Assembly: GCA_002269645.1 (NCBI GenBank)
Contig: NIVC01003053.1
Span: 58,979-122,978, forward strand
DNA length: 64,000 bases
Reading direction: 5' to 3'
Source: Macrostomum lignano
Taxonomy: Eukaryota
The notes under the pieces are model-generated. The model ran no database searches. It saw nothing but the letters and a program-made list of their open reading frames with translations, and was not told where the DNA came from. The number at the start of each line of letters is the position of its first letter. The first letter of the stretch is position 1. Positions 1 to 13,116 of the stretch are shown here, piece by piece. The translations under genes were made by a program, and so were the position numbers.

Positions 1-205
1 CACGTGTGATAAATACCCTATGCGATAAACACACGTGTGATAAATACTCATGGAATAAAAAGTCATGGTATAAATACCCCATGTGATAAACACATGTGTG
101 ATAGATACACCAAGGGATAAGCACACGCGTGATAAATACCTCTCATGCGATAAACACGTGTGATAGATACCCATGCAATAAGCACACGTGTGATAAAGAC
201 CCCAT
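1..205. repeat. Degenerate ~29-bp minisatellite (CACACGTGTGATAAATACC core) in an ELMO intron
   Basis: CACGTGTGATA motif recurs about every 29-30 nt. Confidence 0.8.
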
Positions 206-224
206 GGGATAAATGCTTATTGGG

Positions 225-468
225 ATCAACCCGAATGGGACAAACTCTATAGCAGATTTACCTATAAAGCAGCTGTATGGCATAGTCGGACAGGAGTTTA
301 AGCTGCCTAGAATCGGTAACACCAACGGTGTCCCGGCCGATATCAACCCGAATGGGACAAACTCTATAGCAGATTTACCTATAAAGCAGCTGTATGGCAT
401 AGTCGGACAGGAGTTTAAGCTGCCTAGAATCGGTAACACCAACGGTGTCCCGGCCGATATCAACCCGA
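225..468. repeat. 117-bp tandem duplication spanning an ELMO exon/intron junction
   Basis: ATCAACCCGA starts at 225, 342 and 459; the two units read as identical. Confidence 0.95.
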
Positions 469-3454
469 GCCAGATGTTGTATTGGCACTTTGTGCACAGT
501 TGAAGAATATTGATGCTGAGGCTGCTGAGACTGCAAGTCGGAATCCGGCAATCGGAACATCAAGTACTTGCTATTAGCCGACAGTGAGAGGTGAATCCTT
601 TGACTATAAAACTTTTTGCTGCTAGGCCGAACCAAACGATTAAATTCGGAGCCTCTGCGCATATAAGCCAAGCGTTGGCGAGCGATCAAATCTGAAACGG
701 GCGACTGCAGCTGGGCGGTCAGGTAGACGAGGGCGCCATTGTCCCCGCTGCTCAAGGAGCTTTGCCAGCGCGCTTTCACGTCTTCGTAGGTGACCTGTTG
801 GGTGGTTGAAGGGCGTCAAGCGCGCTTTGTGCTTTGCAGGGATAGACAATTTAAAATGGGATGCAATAACGCTTTCTGGAATTTTTGAAAGTGGGGATGG
901 GGAGCGGGGATGGGGGAGTGAGAGTGGGGAGTGGGGATGGGGAAGTAGGGATGGGGGAGCGGGGATGGGGGAGTGGGGATGGGGAAGTAGGGATGGGGAA
1001 GTAGGGATGTGGGAGTGGGTATGGGGAAGTAGGGATGGGGAGTGGGGATGGGGGAGTGGGGATGGGGGAGTAGGGATGTGGGAGTGAGAGTGGGGAGTGG
1101 GGATGGGGAAGTAGGGATTTGGGAGTGGGTATGGTGAAGTAGGGATGGAGAAGTAGGGATGGGGGAGTGGGGATGGGAAAGTAGGGATGGGGAAGTAGGG
1201 ATGGGGAAGTAGGGATAGGGGAGTGGGGATGGGGAAGTAGGGATGGGGAAGAAGGGATGGGGAAGTAGGGATGGGGGAGTGGGGATGGGGAAGTAGGGAT
1301 GGGGGAGTAGGGATGGGGAAGTAGGGATGGGGAAGTAGGGATGGGGAAGTAGGGATGGAGAAGTAGGGATGGGGAGTAGGGATGGGGAAGTAAAGATAAG
1401 TTGTAAGAGAATGTTTTAGTGCAGCGAAAGTTCAGGCAAAAACGGGCATATAAAAATTGTCGAAAAAAGAATCAGTTAAAAACTAAGAATGGTTTGCGAG
1501 CTCGTACTACACAGCACGCAAAAACACTGACGCTCAATAGGCAGTCACAGAAAATATAGTTAGCTTAACTTTTCTGACAGTCTAAACCACTAAACAGCAG
1601 GTTTACAGTGTTGCTAAAAATAGTTCAACTAGTCGCTACCACACAAATAACCGGATAGGCATTTAAGAAAGGCAAGCAAAATTAGAAAACCAGAAGTATG
1701 ATTATGAAACATTTCGAAAACAACGAACCCGATCCAGCTCTCGCCTCAGCTTATCGGCCGTGTCGGGCCTCTGCTTCAGCGCCATCCTCAGCTGCTCCTC
1801 AACTACGGCTGTCACCGTGCCAAGATCTTCGCGATTGGCGCGCGACTCTGTCCAGGTGCGCTGAAAGGTGCGCATGCAGGCCACGAAGCAGTCGCTGAAG
1901 ACGTTCGGCAGTGTGAGCAGCAGCGGCGGGAACTCCGCTAGAGGTGGCGGCACCGCGGCCAACGACTGCGGGAGATGACAGCGAGGGAGATTTGTGTGAG
2001 CACAGGAGATCCGGGAGGCTGGCCCAGCAACTGGGGATCTGAGAGGCTGGCCCAGCAACTGAGGATCTGGGAAGCTGGCCCAGCAACTGAGGATCTGGGA
2101 GGCTGGCCCAGCAACTGAGGATCTGGGAGGCTGGCCCAGCAGATGAGGATCTGGGAGGCTGGCCCAGCAACTGAGGATCTGGGAAGCTGGCCCAGCAACT
2201 GAGGATCTGGGAGGCTGGCCCAGCAGATGAGGATCTGGGAGGCTGGCCCAGCAACTGAGGATCTGGGAGGCTGGCCCAGCAACTGAGGATCTGGGAGGCT
2301 GGCCCAGCAACTGAGGATCTGGGAAGCTGGCCCAGCAAATGAGGATCTGGGAGGCTGGCCCAGCAACTGAGGATCTGGGAGACTGGCCCAGCAACTGTGG
2401 ATCTGAGAGGCTGGCCCAGCAACTGGGGATCTGAGAGGCTGGCCCAGCAACTGAGGATCTGGGAGGCTGGCCCAGCAACTGAGGATCTGGGAGGCTGGCC
2501 CAGCAACTGAGGATCTGGGAGGCTGGCCCAGCAACTGAGGATCTGGGAGGCTGGCCCAGCAACTGAGGATCTGGGAAGCTGGCCCAGCAACTGAGGATCT
2601 GGGAAGCTGGCCCAGCAACTGAGGATCTGGGAGACTGGCCCAGCAACTGTGGATCTGAGAGGCTGGCCCAGCAACTGAGGATCTGGTATGATGGGTATGG
2701 CTCAATAAAGGATTATTTGCTTCAGCACTTGAAAAGGCACTAGAAGTTTCTCACCATGAGCTGCTGCTGGCTGCTGTCCGCATCAGCCTGGCTGCCGTTG
2801 AAGCCGCACAGAACCCGAAGCAGAATTTTGGTCAAAGCCACGGCAGCCGAGGCCATCGGCAGTTCGGCAGCCGGCCCAGACGAATGATGGAGCTGCTGCT
2901 GCTGGAAGATCTCTCTCAGCTCCTGATTGCGCACCCGAACCAGATAATCCAGCTGGCGCAGCGCTAGCAGGCCCGGCGGCGTCTCGGCCGCGAATTCAGA
3001 CATAAAAGTGGCCGGATCGGCTGGGGCAAAGCCGGCATCGGCGGCCGAGGACGAGCCGGATGAGGGCGTGGAGCTAGACTGGCGCTTGTCCGCCGTGCTG
3101 CTGTGGCTGGACGAGCCCGAATTCGACGCCGCAGTCACGCAGGAGGCGGCCAGCGCCAGCGCCGAGCAGATGCCGTCGATTTCGCGCTGGTTTCGCTGAT
3201 CAACGGGGACGAGGGCTTCGCGCTGTTGCGGCCGGAGGAACAGGCGGAGCAGGAGGTGAAGCTGCGACTCCAGACGAGGAAATGCGGCCTCCTGCAGTGT
3301 GGGTGTGCTAAAATTGGACTGGCTGACTGAAAGACAGACAGACACAGACAGATAGACAGACAGACAAACAGACAGACACAGACAGGCAGACAGACAGACC
3401 GACAGACAGACAGACACAGACAGGCAGACAGACAGACAGACAGACAGGCAGACC

Positions 3455-3494
<40 letters not shown>

Positions 3495-3497
3495 CTA

Positions 3498-3579
<82 letters not shown>

Positions 3580-3702
3580 GCAGGCAGACAGACAGACCGA
3601 CAGGCAGACAGACAGACACTAAGACAGACAGACAGACAGACAGGCAGACAGACAGACAGACAGACAGACACTAAGACACTAATACACTAATACACTAAGA
3701 CA

Positions 3703-3739
<37 letters not shown>

Positions 3740-3812
3740 CTAAGACAGACAGACAGACAGGCAGACAGACACTAAGACAGACAGACACTAAGACAGAAAG
3801 ACAGACAGACAG

Positions 3813-3851
<39 letters not shown>

Positions 3852-3944
3852 CTAAGACAGACAGACAGACACTAAGACAGACAGACAGACAGGCAGACAG
3901 ACACTAAGACAGACAGACACTAAGACAGAAAGACAGACAGACAG

Positions 3945-3987
<43 letters not shown>

Positions 3988-3990
3988 GTA

Positions 3991-4023
<33 letters not shown>

Positions 4024-4076
4024 GGCAGACAGACACTAAGACAGACAGACACTAAGACAGAAAGACAGACAGACAG

Positions 4077-4136
<60 letters not shown>

Positions 4137-4202
4137 GCAGGCAGACAGACAGACCGACAGGCAGACAGACAGACACTAAGACAGACAGACAGACAGACAG
4201 GC

Positions 4203-4247
<45 letters not shown>

Positions 4248-4300
4248 GGCAGACAGACACTAAGACAGACAGACACTAAGACAGAAAGACAGACAGACAG

Positions 4301-4360
<60 letters not shown>

Positions 4361-4475
4361 GCAGGCAGACAGACAGACCGACAGGCAGACAGACAGACAC
4401 TAAGACAGACAGACAGGCAGACAGACAGACAGACAGACAGACACTAAGACACTAATACACTAATACACTAAGACA

Positions 4476-4512
<37 letters not shown>

Positions 4513-4585
4513 CTAAGACAGACAGACAGACAGGCAGACAGACACTAAGACAGACAGACACTAAGACAGAAAGACAGACAGACAG

Positions 4586-4636
<51 letters not shown>

Positions 4637-4639
4637 CTA

Positions 4640-4684
<45 letters not shown>

Positions 4685-4892
4685 CTAAGACAGACAGACA
4701 GACAGGCAGACAGACACTAAGACAGACAGACACTAAGACAGAAAGACAGACAGACAGACAGACGGACAGACAGACAGACAGACAGACCGACAGGCAGACA
4801 GACAGACACTAAGACAGACAGACAGACAGACAGGCAGACAGACAGACAGACAGACAGACACTAAGACACTAATACACTAATACACTAAGACA

Positions 4893-4929
<37 letters not shown>

Positions 4930-5002
4930 CTAAGACAGACAGACAGACAGGCAGACAGACACTAAGACAGACAGACACTAAGACAGAAAGACAGACAGAC
5001 AG

Positions 5003-5041
<39 letters not shown>

Positions 5042-5044
5042 CTA

Positions 5045-5085
<41 letters not shown>

Positions 5086-5158
5086 CTAAGACAGACAGAC
5101 AGACAGGCAGACAGACACTAAGACAGACAGACACTAAGACAGAAAGACAGACAGACAG

Positions 5159-5205
<47 letters not shown>

Positions 5206-5216
5206 CTAAGACAGAA

Positions 5217-5265
<49 letters not shown>

Positions 5266-5314
5266 CTAAGACAGACAGACAGACAGACAGACAGACACAC
5301 GGACAGACAGACAC

Positions 5315-5349
<35 letters not shown>

Positions 5350-8091
5350 CTAACCTGAGACAGCTCAGCGCAGGCCTTAGCCAGCATAGGTTTGAGCTGA
5401 AAAGAATCCAGTTGAATTAGCAGATTTTCAAACTCGGCAGACTGGGTGCAGGCCAGCACGTGAGCAATGATGCCGACAGCTCCGATGACTACTCGAACAT
5501 TGGAGCCGTGCAGCTTGATGAGCTCAACCAGATTGGACAGCTGAATCGAATCCAGCACAAAATTCTGCCTGCCCGGATTGTGCTGCGCAAATCTGAGCAG
5601 AACTTTTAAACAGGCGCGAACAACTTCGCCATCTTTGCGCGTCATAAATAAAATGTTGACAACGCTGCGGATGCACTGCTCCTTGATTAGATACCATGAA
5701 AACAGGCCGCGCTTGGAGCCCACCGATGCTACGGCCTGTTGGGCTGCTGTGGCTCCAGAGCCGGCGGAGTCTTCTGCTTCTGAAACAAAGATTGGGAGAT
5801 TAGAGTGAGTAGATGCGACGCAGCGGCTGAGGTAGAAAAAGTGGCTGAGCTAGGGAAACCATGGGTTGTGAAATAATAATAGAGGACAGGGGCGGAAATG
5901 CAAGAGTAGAGTAGGGGCGGAAATGGGGATAGAGAGTAGAGGACAGGGGCGGAAATGGGGATAGAGAGTAGAGGACAGGGGCGGAAATGGGGATAGAGAG
6001 TAGAGTAGGGGCGGAAATGGGGATAGAGAGTAGAGGACAGGGGCGGAAATGGGGATAGAGAGTAGAGGACGGGGCGGAAATGGGGATAGAGAGTAGAGGA
6101 CGGGGCGGAAATGGGGATAGAGAGTAGAGGACAGGGGCGGAAATGGGGATAGAGAGTAGAGTAGGGGCGGAAATGGGGATAGAGAGTAGAGGACAGGGGC
6201 GGAAATGGGGATAGAGAGTAGAGGACGGGGCGGAAATGGGGATAGAGAATGGAGGACAGGGGCGGAAACGGGGATAGAGAATGGAGGACAGGGGCAAAAT
6301 GGCGATAGAGATTGGAGGTAAGATTCGAGAAAATAGGGGCGGAGGTAGAGAGCGGACAGACACGCAGGCAGCCTACCATTGTCGTCAACTCCGCCAAGCC
6401 CGGTGCCATCGCCCGCGGCGCCGTCGAAGAGAGCGTAGCGCATGAGGCAGGCGAGAACCCGCACCAGTTGCTGCTGCAGCCGCGGCTGATTATCCAGACG
6501 GCGGTCAGCCAGGCCGTTGAGCAAAACATCAAGAACTCCCTCCCTGTCATAATGAGTTAAATAATTACTAAGCACTACCGGTATACTAGAGTTGGAATAA
6601 CAGAGAGGAACTAATATTGACTCAGCTAACTGTCTGGGAGGCTGGCCCAGCAACTGAGGATCTGGGAGGCTGGCCAAGCAAATGAGGATCTGGGAGGCTG
6701 GCCCAGCAACTGAGGATCTGGGAGGCTGGCCCAGCAAATGAGGATCTGGGAGGCTGGCCCAGCAACTGAGGATCTGGGAATCTGGCCCAGCAAATGAGGA
6801 TCTGGGAGGCTGGCCCAGCAACTGAGGATCTGGGAGGCTGGCCCAGCAACTGAGGATCTGGGAGGCTGGCCCAGCAACTGAGGATCTCGGAGGCTGGCCC
6901 AGCAAATGAGGATCTGGGAGGCTGGCCCAGCAACTGAGGATCTGGGAGGCTGGCCCAGCAACTGAGGATCTGGGAATCTGGCCCAGCAAATGAGGATCTG
7001 GGAGGCTGGCCCAGCAACTGAGGATCTGGGAGGCTGGCCCAGCAACTGAGGATCTGGGAGGCTGGCCCAGCAACTGAGGATCTGGGAGGCTGGCCCAGCA
7101 ACTGAGGATCTGGGAGGCTCGCCCAGCAACTGAGGATCTGGGAGGCTGGCCCAGCAAATGAGGATCTGGGAGGCTGGCCCAGCAAATGAGGATTTGGGAG
7201 GCTGGCCCAGCAACTGAGGATCTGCGAGGCTGGCAGCACAAACAGCATAGTTCCCCACCTGATTAGCTCCTCGGCCACCTGGCCATCGTAAAGAATCGGG
7301 CGGGTGACCTTTTGTCTGGACGCCGGCTTATAAAAAGTCCGTTTAGTCTCCAAAAGCGAGTTGAGAGCAGACGAAACCTCTGCATTAGTTGGTTCCGAAG
7401 CGAAATGGCTGAGAGACTTGGCCATATTCTGGGCAAACAGCGCTCGCTTGGGAACTACCATTAGGAAAGGAAAGTCCGTGAACGATTCGCTATCAGGTTG
7501 GGATCCGATGTATGGCAGAGTCTGCTGCGTCAGAGGCACTGTGACGCACACCTGCGAGTGACAGCATTGTAAGCGTGGCATTGTGATTGACTGACAGAAA
7601 ATATGGGGTCATGTTGGCCTAACTAGTAATTCTGACTGACACACAATATCGGGTCATACTGAGCTAACTAGGCATTATGACTGACACAATATCAGGTCAT
7701 GCTGACCCTAACTAGGCATTATGACTGGAAACTTGACAAAATGTACTTTAAGCCTTACCTGAACCATATCAGTAAACTTTCGCGCTTCGGGTGCATTCAA
7801 CAAATCGAAGTTCACTAGCGAAGGCGACAGCCGTTTCGGCACGCAGTGAATCTCGTACTGGCGCGCCTCAAGATCCGACAGACTCATCATTGTTATCAGC
7901 ACCTCGCGTTCGATATCTTCTACAGATTTTCTACGATAGTCTTTGACCATTTTGACAACTAAATCTGCTTCTGCTACACCATGTCTGCTAGGGCACAGGA
8001 CAGGTATATTGCCACCGGTACTTGCTGCAGCTGTAGCAGGTGGCTGCTGCTGCTGGTTAGCCACCATGGTTTGCAGCGAGGAAGAAGACAT
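379..8091 (-). CDS. ELMO: ELMO/CED-12 family engulfment and cell motility protein, 7 exons in window, C-terminus beyond the left edge
   Basis: Phase-consistent GT-AG exons 8091-7759, 7590-7259, 6633-6377, 5779-5355, 3291-2755, 1965-1729, 794-379. [14 protein letters not shown] and [14 protein letters not shown] resemble the ELMO domain (QTPPGMLALDNMLY; CPFGRSSIELTKML). [23 protein letters not shown] resembles [39 protein letters not shown]...LSANSKYL resembles the ELMO PH domain. Confidence 0.9.
895..1392. repeat. Purine-rich GGGGAAGTAGGGAT-type minisatellite (intron)
   Basis: Visible tandem units of ~14 nt with variants. Confidence 0.9.
2008..2686. repeat. 29-bp minisatellite GGAGGCTGGCCCAGCAACTGAGGATCTG(G), ELMO intron 5
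   Basis: About 23 tandem units; same unit as 6634-7237. Confidence 0.95.
3332..5351. repeat. (GACA)n microsatellite with CACTAA interruptions and higher-order repeats
   Basis: Direct reading. Confidence 0.97.
5880..6340. repeat. ~27-29-bp minisatellite GGGGCGGAAATGGGGATAGAGAGTAGAGGACA
   Basis: Direct reading. Confidence 0.93.
6634..7237. repeat. 29-bp minisatellite, ELMO intron 2 (same family as 2008-2686)
   Basis: Direct reading. Confidence 0.95.
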
Positions 8092-8862
8092 TGGATAGGG
8101 ATGGCTGTGGGAGCGAATGAGACTAAAGAGTGTTATATAGGTACTAAGGTGAAAAAAACATTAATATATTCATAACTGTTCAAATTTTATTAGACCATTG
8201 CTTAAAAGAATGCTTTACTTCATTTGATATTTTTGTGTGTAAAGAGCTGATATGAGTCAATAGATTAAGAGATAAACAATATATGAACTAGCCAGATGCA
8301 AATCTAGGATCTTATGTAAAAAAACGATTTGCTAGTTTTTGTAAGAAAAATCTAGAGGCAATAAAAATGTGACAATTGTTTGCTAAAACTTATTTTTCTT
8401 TTTAATATTTTAAATCTTTTTTAGACTGTATGATAACCTTTGCCTAATACTTATGATACTAGAAATACTACTAGCAATCAACATCCTCCCTGAGGAGCCA
8501 ACAAAAATGAATATAAAATTTTGAATAAACTATATATAGCTTCTTTTCATCTCTCAATGACCCTAGGCAGTCTTGACATCTTAGCTATTCCCCCAATGAG
8601 CCTTGACATGTTAGCAAACCCTTGTCAATCTAGAAATCTCAGCAATATTTTTTCCAACCTTAAACATAACCTTAACCTTAAACCCTAAGCCTATAAGTTT
8701 AAAAAAAGAATTTTATAGAATAAGGTTATACAAAAAATAAAATAAAAGATAATTAAACAACCTTTTATTAAAAACTGTCCTGGCAATTTTCTATCTTTCT
8801 CAAATATTATTTAGAATTCCTAGTTTCTTAGACTTCCTAGACTTCTTAGATAGATGACTAGA

Positions 8863-9160
8863 CATACATGTGCAACCTCCAAAACTCGGTCAGCCGTGCG
8901 ACTTAGTTTTAACAAAAATGCGACGTAGTTTTTGGCCAAAAATGCGACTTACATATAAAAAAACCCGAAAGCAAAATTAACGCAACTTTGGGTAAACGGC
9001 AGGAGTAACTATGACTGTTTTATTAAGCTAAAATGCCTCGTCAGCTACTTAGTACTACTCTTCAGGTTATTTTTTGGGTGGGCATTTTTGCGACTTCCTT
9101 GATTGGCCGCCAAATCGGTCGGCCGGATCGGCCGACTCGGCCGACTGTTGCGCATGTATG
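8863..9160 (+). mobile_element. hAT-type MITE copy 1 with internal 28S rRNA-like segment
   Basis: TIRs CATACATGTGCAAC / GTTGCGCATGTATG; 8-bp TSD TGACTAGA at 8855-8862 and 9161-9168. Confidence 0.93.
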
Positions 9161-10208
9161 TGACTAGACCTACCTTATATTATAGGATTATAATTTAATT
9201 ATTTAAATATCAATAATAGCTCAAGGAATTTAAGATAAAAAACCAGAAAGAAAATTTTTTAAGATAATAATTAGTTTTACTACAGATATATATTAAATTA
9301 GCTATTTCATTAGATCATGATAGGCCTATTTTAGCTAGGCCTATGTATGAAGAACCCATAATTACTTTTTGAAATATTTACTATGATTGCAAGTCACCAA
9401 GCAATATAAACATTTATTGCAGCTAATCAATTTGATGCTAACATTTAATGTCAACCAAATTCTTATATACTATTGAATGCTATATAATTATAAACAATTG
9501 AACTTATAATATCAAGGCTAGCTAAGGATCATCTAATTACCAATCACTCTATGCAGACAATCTATGCACTTGCAGCACAATAACAGTTTTTTTTGCTTTC
9601 TAGAATCTAGATAGTTAGACTTGGGTATATTACCTATGCTATAGGTAGGCAATCTAATGTCAAGAAAAGAATGAAAAGATAATTCTTTGAAAAATTATTT
9701 TGGACTCTTATAAATCTGGACTCATTTCATTGATTTACATGATTCCATTATATATACTAATATAATTGAAGATATAAAGGCTCTAGTAAAATATGTAAAT
9801 TTTATTAAATATGGCTTAAGTGATATAGCATTTTGCATTGCACTTAAGCTTATGGGCAAATCACTTGATCTTAAGTAGCAGAATTATACTAGCAAGGTAG
9901 CTGCCAATTGATTCTATGGTCTCAACTGGTGGCTAGTGGGCAATTTACTTTAGTCTTGGGGCACAGACTTAATCCATTCATGCTGCATTGCAGTTTGAAA
10001 AGCTTTCAATTGGCTGCCCAATATTTGGTGCTGTGGCAAGGGTATAATTTTAATTGGTCAATATGAGCAACATTTGAGCAAATGAGCAAAGTATGAGCAA
10101 ATGAGGGAACATAGGCAGGTGGTTGGTTGGCTATAAAAAAGTGGGAAAATAAACAACAGCAGCTGCAACACAGAAGTGGGTTAGCATAGATTTTGTCAAC
10201 AAGGTGCT

Positions 10209-10451
10209 CATATATGCGCAACCTCCAAAATTCAGTCGGGTGTGCAACTTAGTTTTAACAAAAATTAATGCAACTTTAAGTAAATGGCAGGAGTAACTCT
10301 AACTGTCTTATAAAGCCAAAATGCCTTGTCAGCTACTTAGTACTACTACTACTTGAATGTTTTTTTGGGTGGCCATTTTTGCAACTTCCTTGGTTGGCCA
10401 TCAAATTGGTCAGCCAGATCGGCCGACTTGGCCAACTGTTGCGCATGTATG
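10209..10451 (+). mobile_element. hAT-type MITE copy 2 (same family, internally deleted)
   Basis: TIRs CATATATGCGCAAC / GTTGCGCATGTATG; TSD AAGGTGCT at 10201-10208 and 10452-10459. Confidence 0.93.
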
Positions 10452-11552
10452 AAGGTGCTGCACATGAACAACTAAATTTTAGTACTTGGCCAATGCCTTG
10501 GCCTTGGGGAATCGATGACGGCGTCCAGTAACTTTGTATTGCCTTTGAATTGACAAAATAGTCTTAAAGTTGACCTGGAACCATCGCGCAACGTTGACCG
10601 GCCACTTACCCCTATCTAGGATGTTGGTGACAAAGCTGTGCTTTTCATCACTCATCCTTGACCATGGTCTAAATTGTTATCCGCCTCTAATTCCATCTAG
10701 TGAAGTTTCATAGCTAGCATTGCTAGCCTTATTTTCCGAGCTCATGTTGCTACAAGCCTTAGCTTCTAGTTTACTTTGAAAGAGCATGAATAGATTAAGT
10801 CAGTGCCCAAGGCTTAAGTAACTTGCCCGCCAGCCAATGGTTTGGGCCATAGACTTGATTGGCAGCTGCCCTTGCCAGTGTAATCCTGCCATTTAGGATC
10901 AAGTGATTTGCCCATAAGCTTAAGTGCAACACAAAATGCTATATTAACTTTAATGATTCCTATTTTGACTAGAGGAATAGGCCTATCTATAGATAGTAAT
11001 GTTACTATAATAGGCTAAGCCTAACAATCTTTTTAAAATAATCATTTTTGATAAACAAGGCCTTTTGTTATTATCTTTTATAAATTAGTAAATTAGTGCA
11101 GATACTAATAATGATCTAAACTAATTTTATAAACTTTATAATATTATAATTAAGGCCTAGATAATTAAGTTGTTATTTTATTATTGATAGTTTCTTTTAA
11201 TTCTAGGGGCTTAATAAAGATAATATTTATGCAAAAATGTTTGTTTTCATTTGCAAACTGTTCAATTTTTCATTGCATTTTTAAATAGGCCTACACTCTT
11301 AAAAATATTCTTATAAATAAAAGCCAAGTTTAGGGAGAAGAATAACTTGTTTCCATATTGTATTGTATAGGCCTACTATTTTCTAGTTCTTAGAGTTGCA
11401 AATATTAGGCCTAGGCCTAAATGTTCTAGTTCTAGCATTGAAAACCTAATGTTAAGGTTCAAAGACTAAGACTTTAGCTTTATGACTTTCTAATATCAGT
11501 AGCCTAATATTAAATAATACCCAGGAGCCAGGACTAGAAACAATAATACATC

Positions 11553-11755
11553 CAGTGGCGAATCCAGAAAGGGGGCGGGGGGCGGCATGGCCAGCCACCC
11601 CACTCTTTTGCCATGGCTGAACTTGCATATAAGGGGGAGTATTGCAATTTTTGGCTTATTAATTAGAGCTTATTTTGGGCCAACCCAAAAATTTAGTGCG
11701 TAGGCAAATCCGCCCGGGACCGCCTCTCTACTTTAAAATTCTGGATCCGCCACTG
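11553..11755. mobile_element. hAT-type MITE, second family
   Basis: 17-bp TIRs CAGTGGCGAATCCAGAA / TTCTGGATCCGCCACTG; TSD AATACATC at 11545-11552 and 11756-11763. Confidence 0.93.
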
Positions 11756-13116
11756 AATACATCTAAAACATTGCATGACAAAGTAGACTGAGTTTAATAT
11801 CCACAATAACTTAGTATTAGTATCAATATCTCAAAATTAATGATTCATTGCCTAGTCCATGCAAAACTATCGTGATTCGTAACTACTAATTGATTTTTAT
11901 CTATACGAAAGCGGCATACTGCCAGGGTACTGATACTGCAAATAATACCCATTCCACTTGACACTACTACTTACTTAATAAGCTAAAGCACTTAATTTTT
12001 CATATAAGCAGATTAATTTTCTTAATTTCAAATTTGTGCCAAGCTGCATAGTTCAATGTCGAAGGAAGTATAACATAAAAATTAATTATACTGAATTTTA
12101 AGGTATGCTTAATTTTTTAACTCAATGATTTTTAATAACTTTTTACAACTACCTTTTCGTTAGAATGGCTACGGAAACATTTGATGAGTTCGATTCGAAA
12201 GCAAAGGTGAACTTGAACTTCACCATTGATAAAATGGAAACTTTAGGAACAGATCGTTGGAGCTCATTGGAAGTCATTAGAGGACTCGAGCTTGCTAGTT
12301 ATAATTACCTGGTAATTGCAAGGGCAGCGTTTTTTATTGTGCTTGTATATGGAATAAACTGGTAATTAGACATTCTAGATACGTACATGTAACTCATCAT
12401 TTATAATTTATCAATAGTAGACATCTAGTAAATCAGATAAAGGCTTGTGAAGGGGGAGACGAGAGCGGGCCCTGGACGCGCTCTACTGATCGCAGCTGCT
12501 CTACGCGCTGGGCATGCATGCAATACCCGTAAAGCCTAGCTGCCATCAACGCTAGATAGATGGCCCGCGCTACATGAGAGGAGCTCGATCCGCCCCATGC
12601 TCGCTGTACGTACCCGTCTTTTGCCGCTGGGTATAGCTGCCTATGGACCCTATACCGCGGAGACCCCATCCCTCGGGCCCTGGCCCTGCTGGACCAGCCG
12701 ACCGAGCAACTATAGCTGCATGCGCCGCGGCCAGCCGGCCCGCACTGGCACTGAAATGCTTCATCGCCGACCTAGCTGTAGGCGCGCGCTTGCACTGACC
12801 CCTCAGCTGGATGCTGTTGTCTGCCCCTTCCGCCTGTTCTGCGATCGGAGATCGGAGGAGGGGTCAATCCCCTCTGCATGCGCCCTATATCGGGTCAATT
12901 TGCGTTTGCATTATTGACGATCCCCTGAAAGCACCTATTTCGACAACAAAAGACTACATGTCCGTTTTAGAGGAGCTAAATAAAGTCATCAAATATACGT
13001 CGAGTTAATTTTTATGCAAATGTGAAAACGCTTCTTTAAATGTACATGTACTTTTACATGACATCGGCCATTGAAAACTCAAATTTATTTTAGTAAAATC
13101 CCTGAAAATTCAGAAA

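Noticed and set aside
1702-2705. Long ORFs over tandem repeats (also 3308-5350, 19649-20402, 40950-41702, 42716-43475, 52558-53715, 55647-58957)
   Set aside because: Stop-free repeat units are open in several frames on both strands; they are intronic or intergenic satellites, not genes
8990-9053. Functional rRNA gene
   Set aside because: Only ~65-85 nt, diverged and enclosed by TIRs and TSDs; reported as a captured fragment
12165-12365. 66-aa ORF preceded by an acceptor-like TTAG
   Set aside because: No recognisable motif and no linkable exons
12446-13065. GC-rich block starting TG with a downstream AATAAA, as a possible solo LTR
   Set aside because: No CA end with a matching TSD and no second copy
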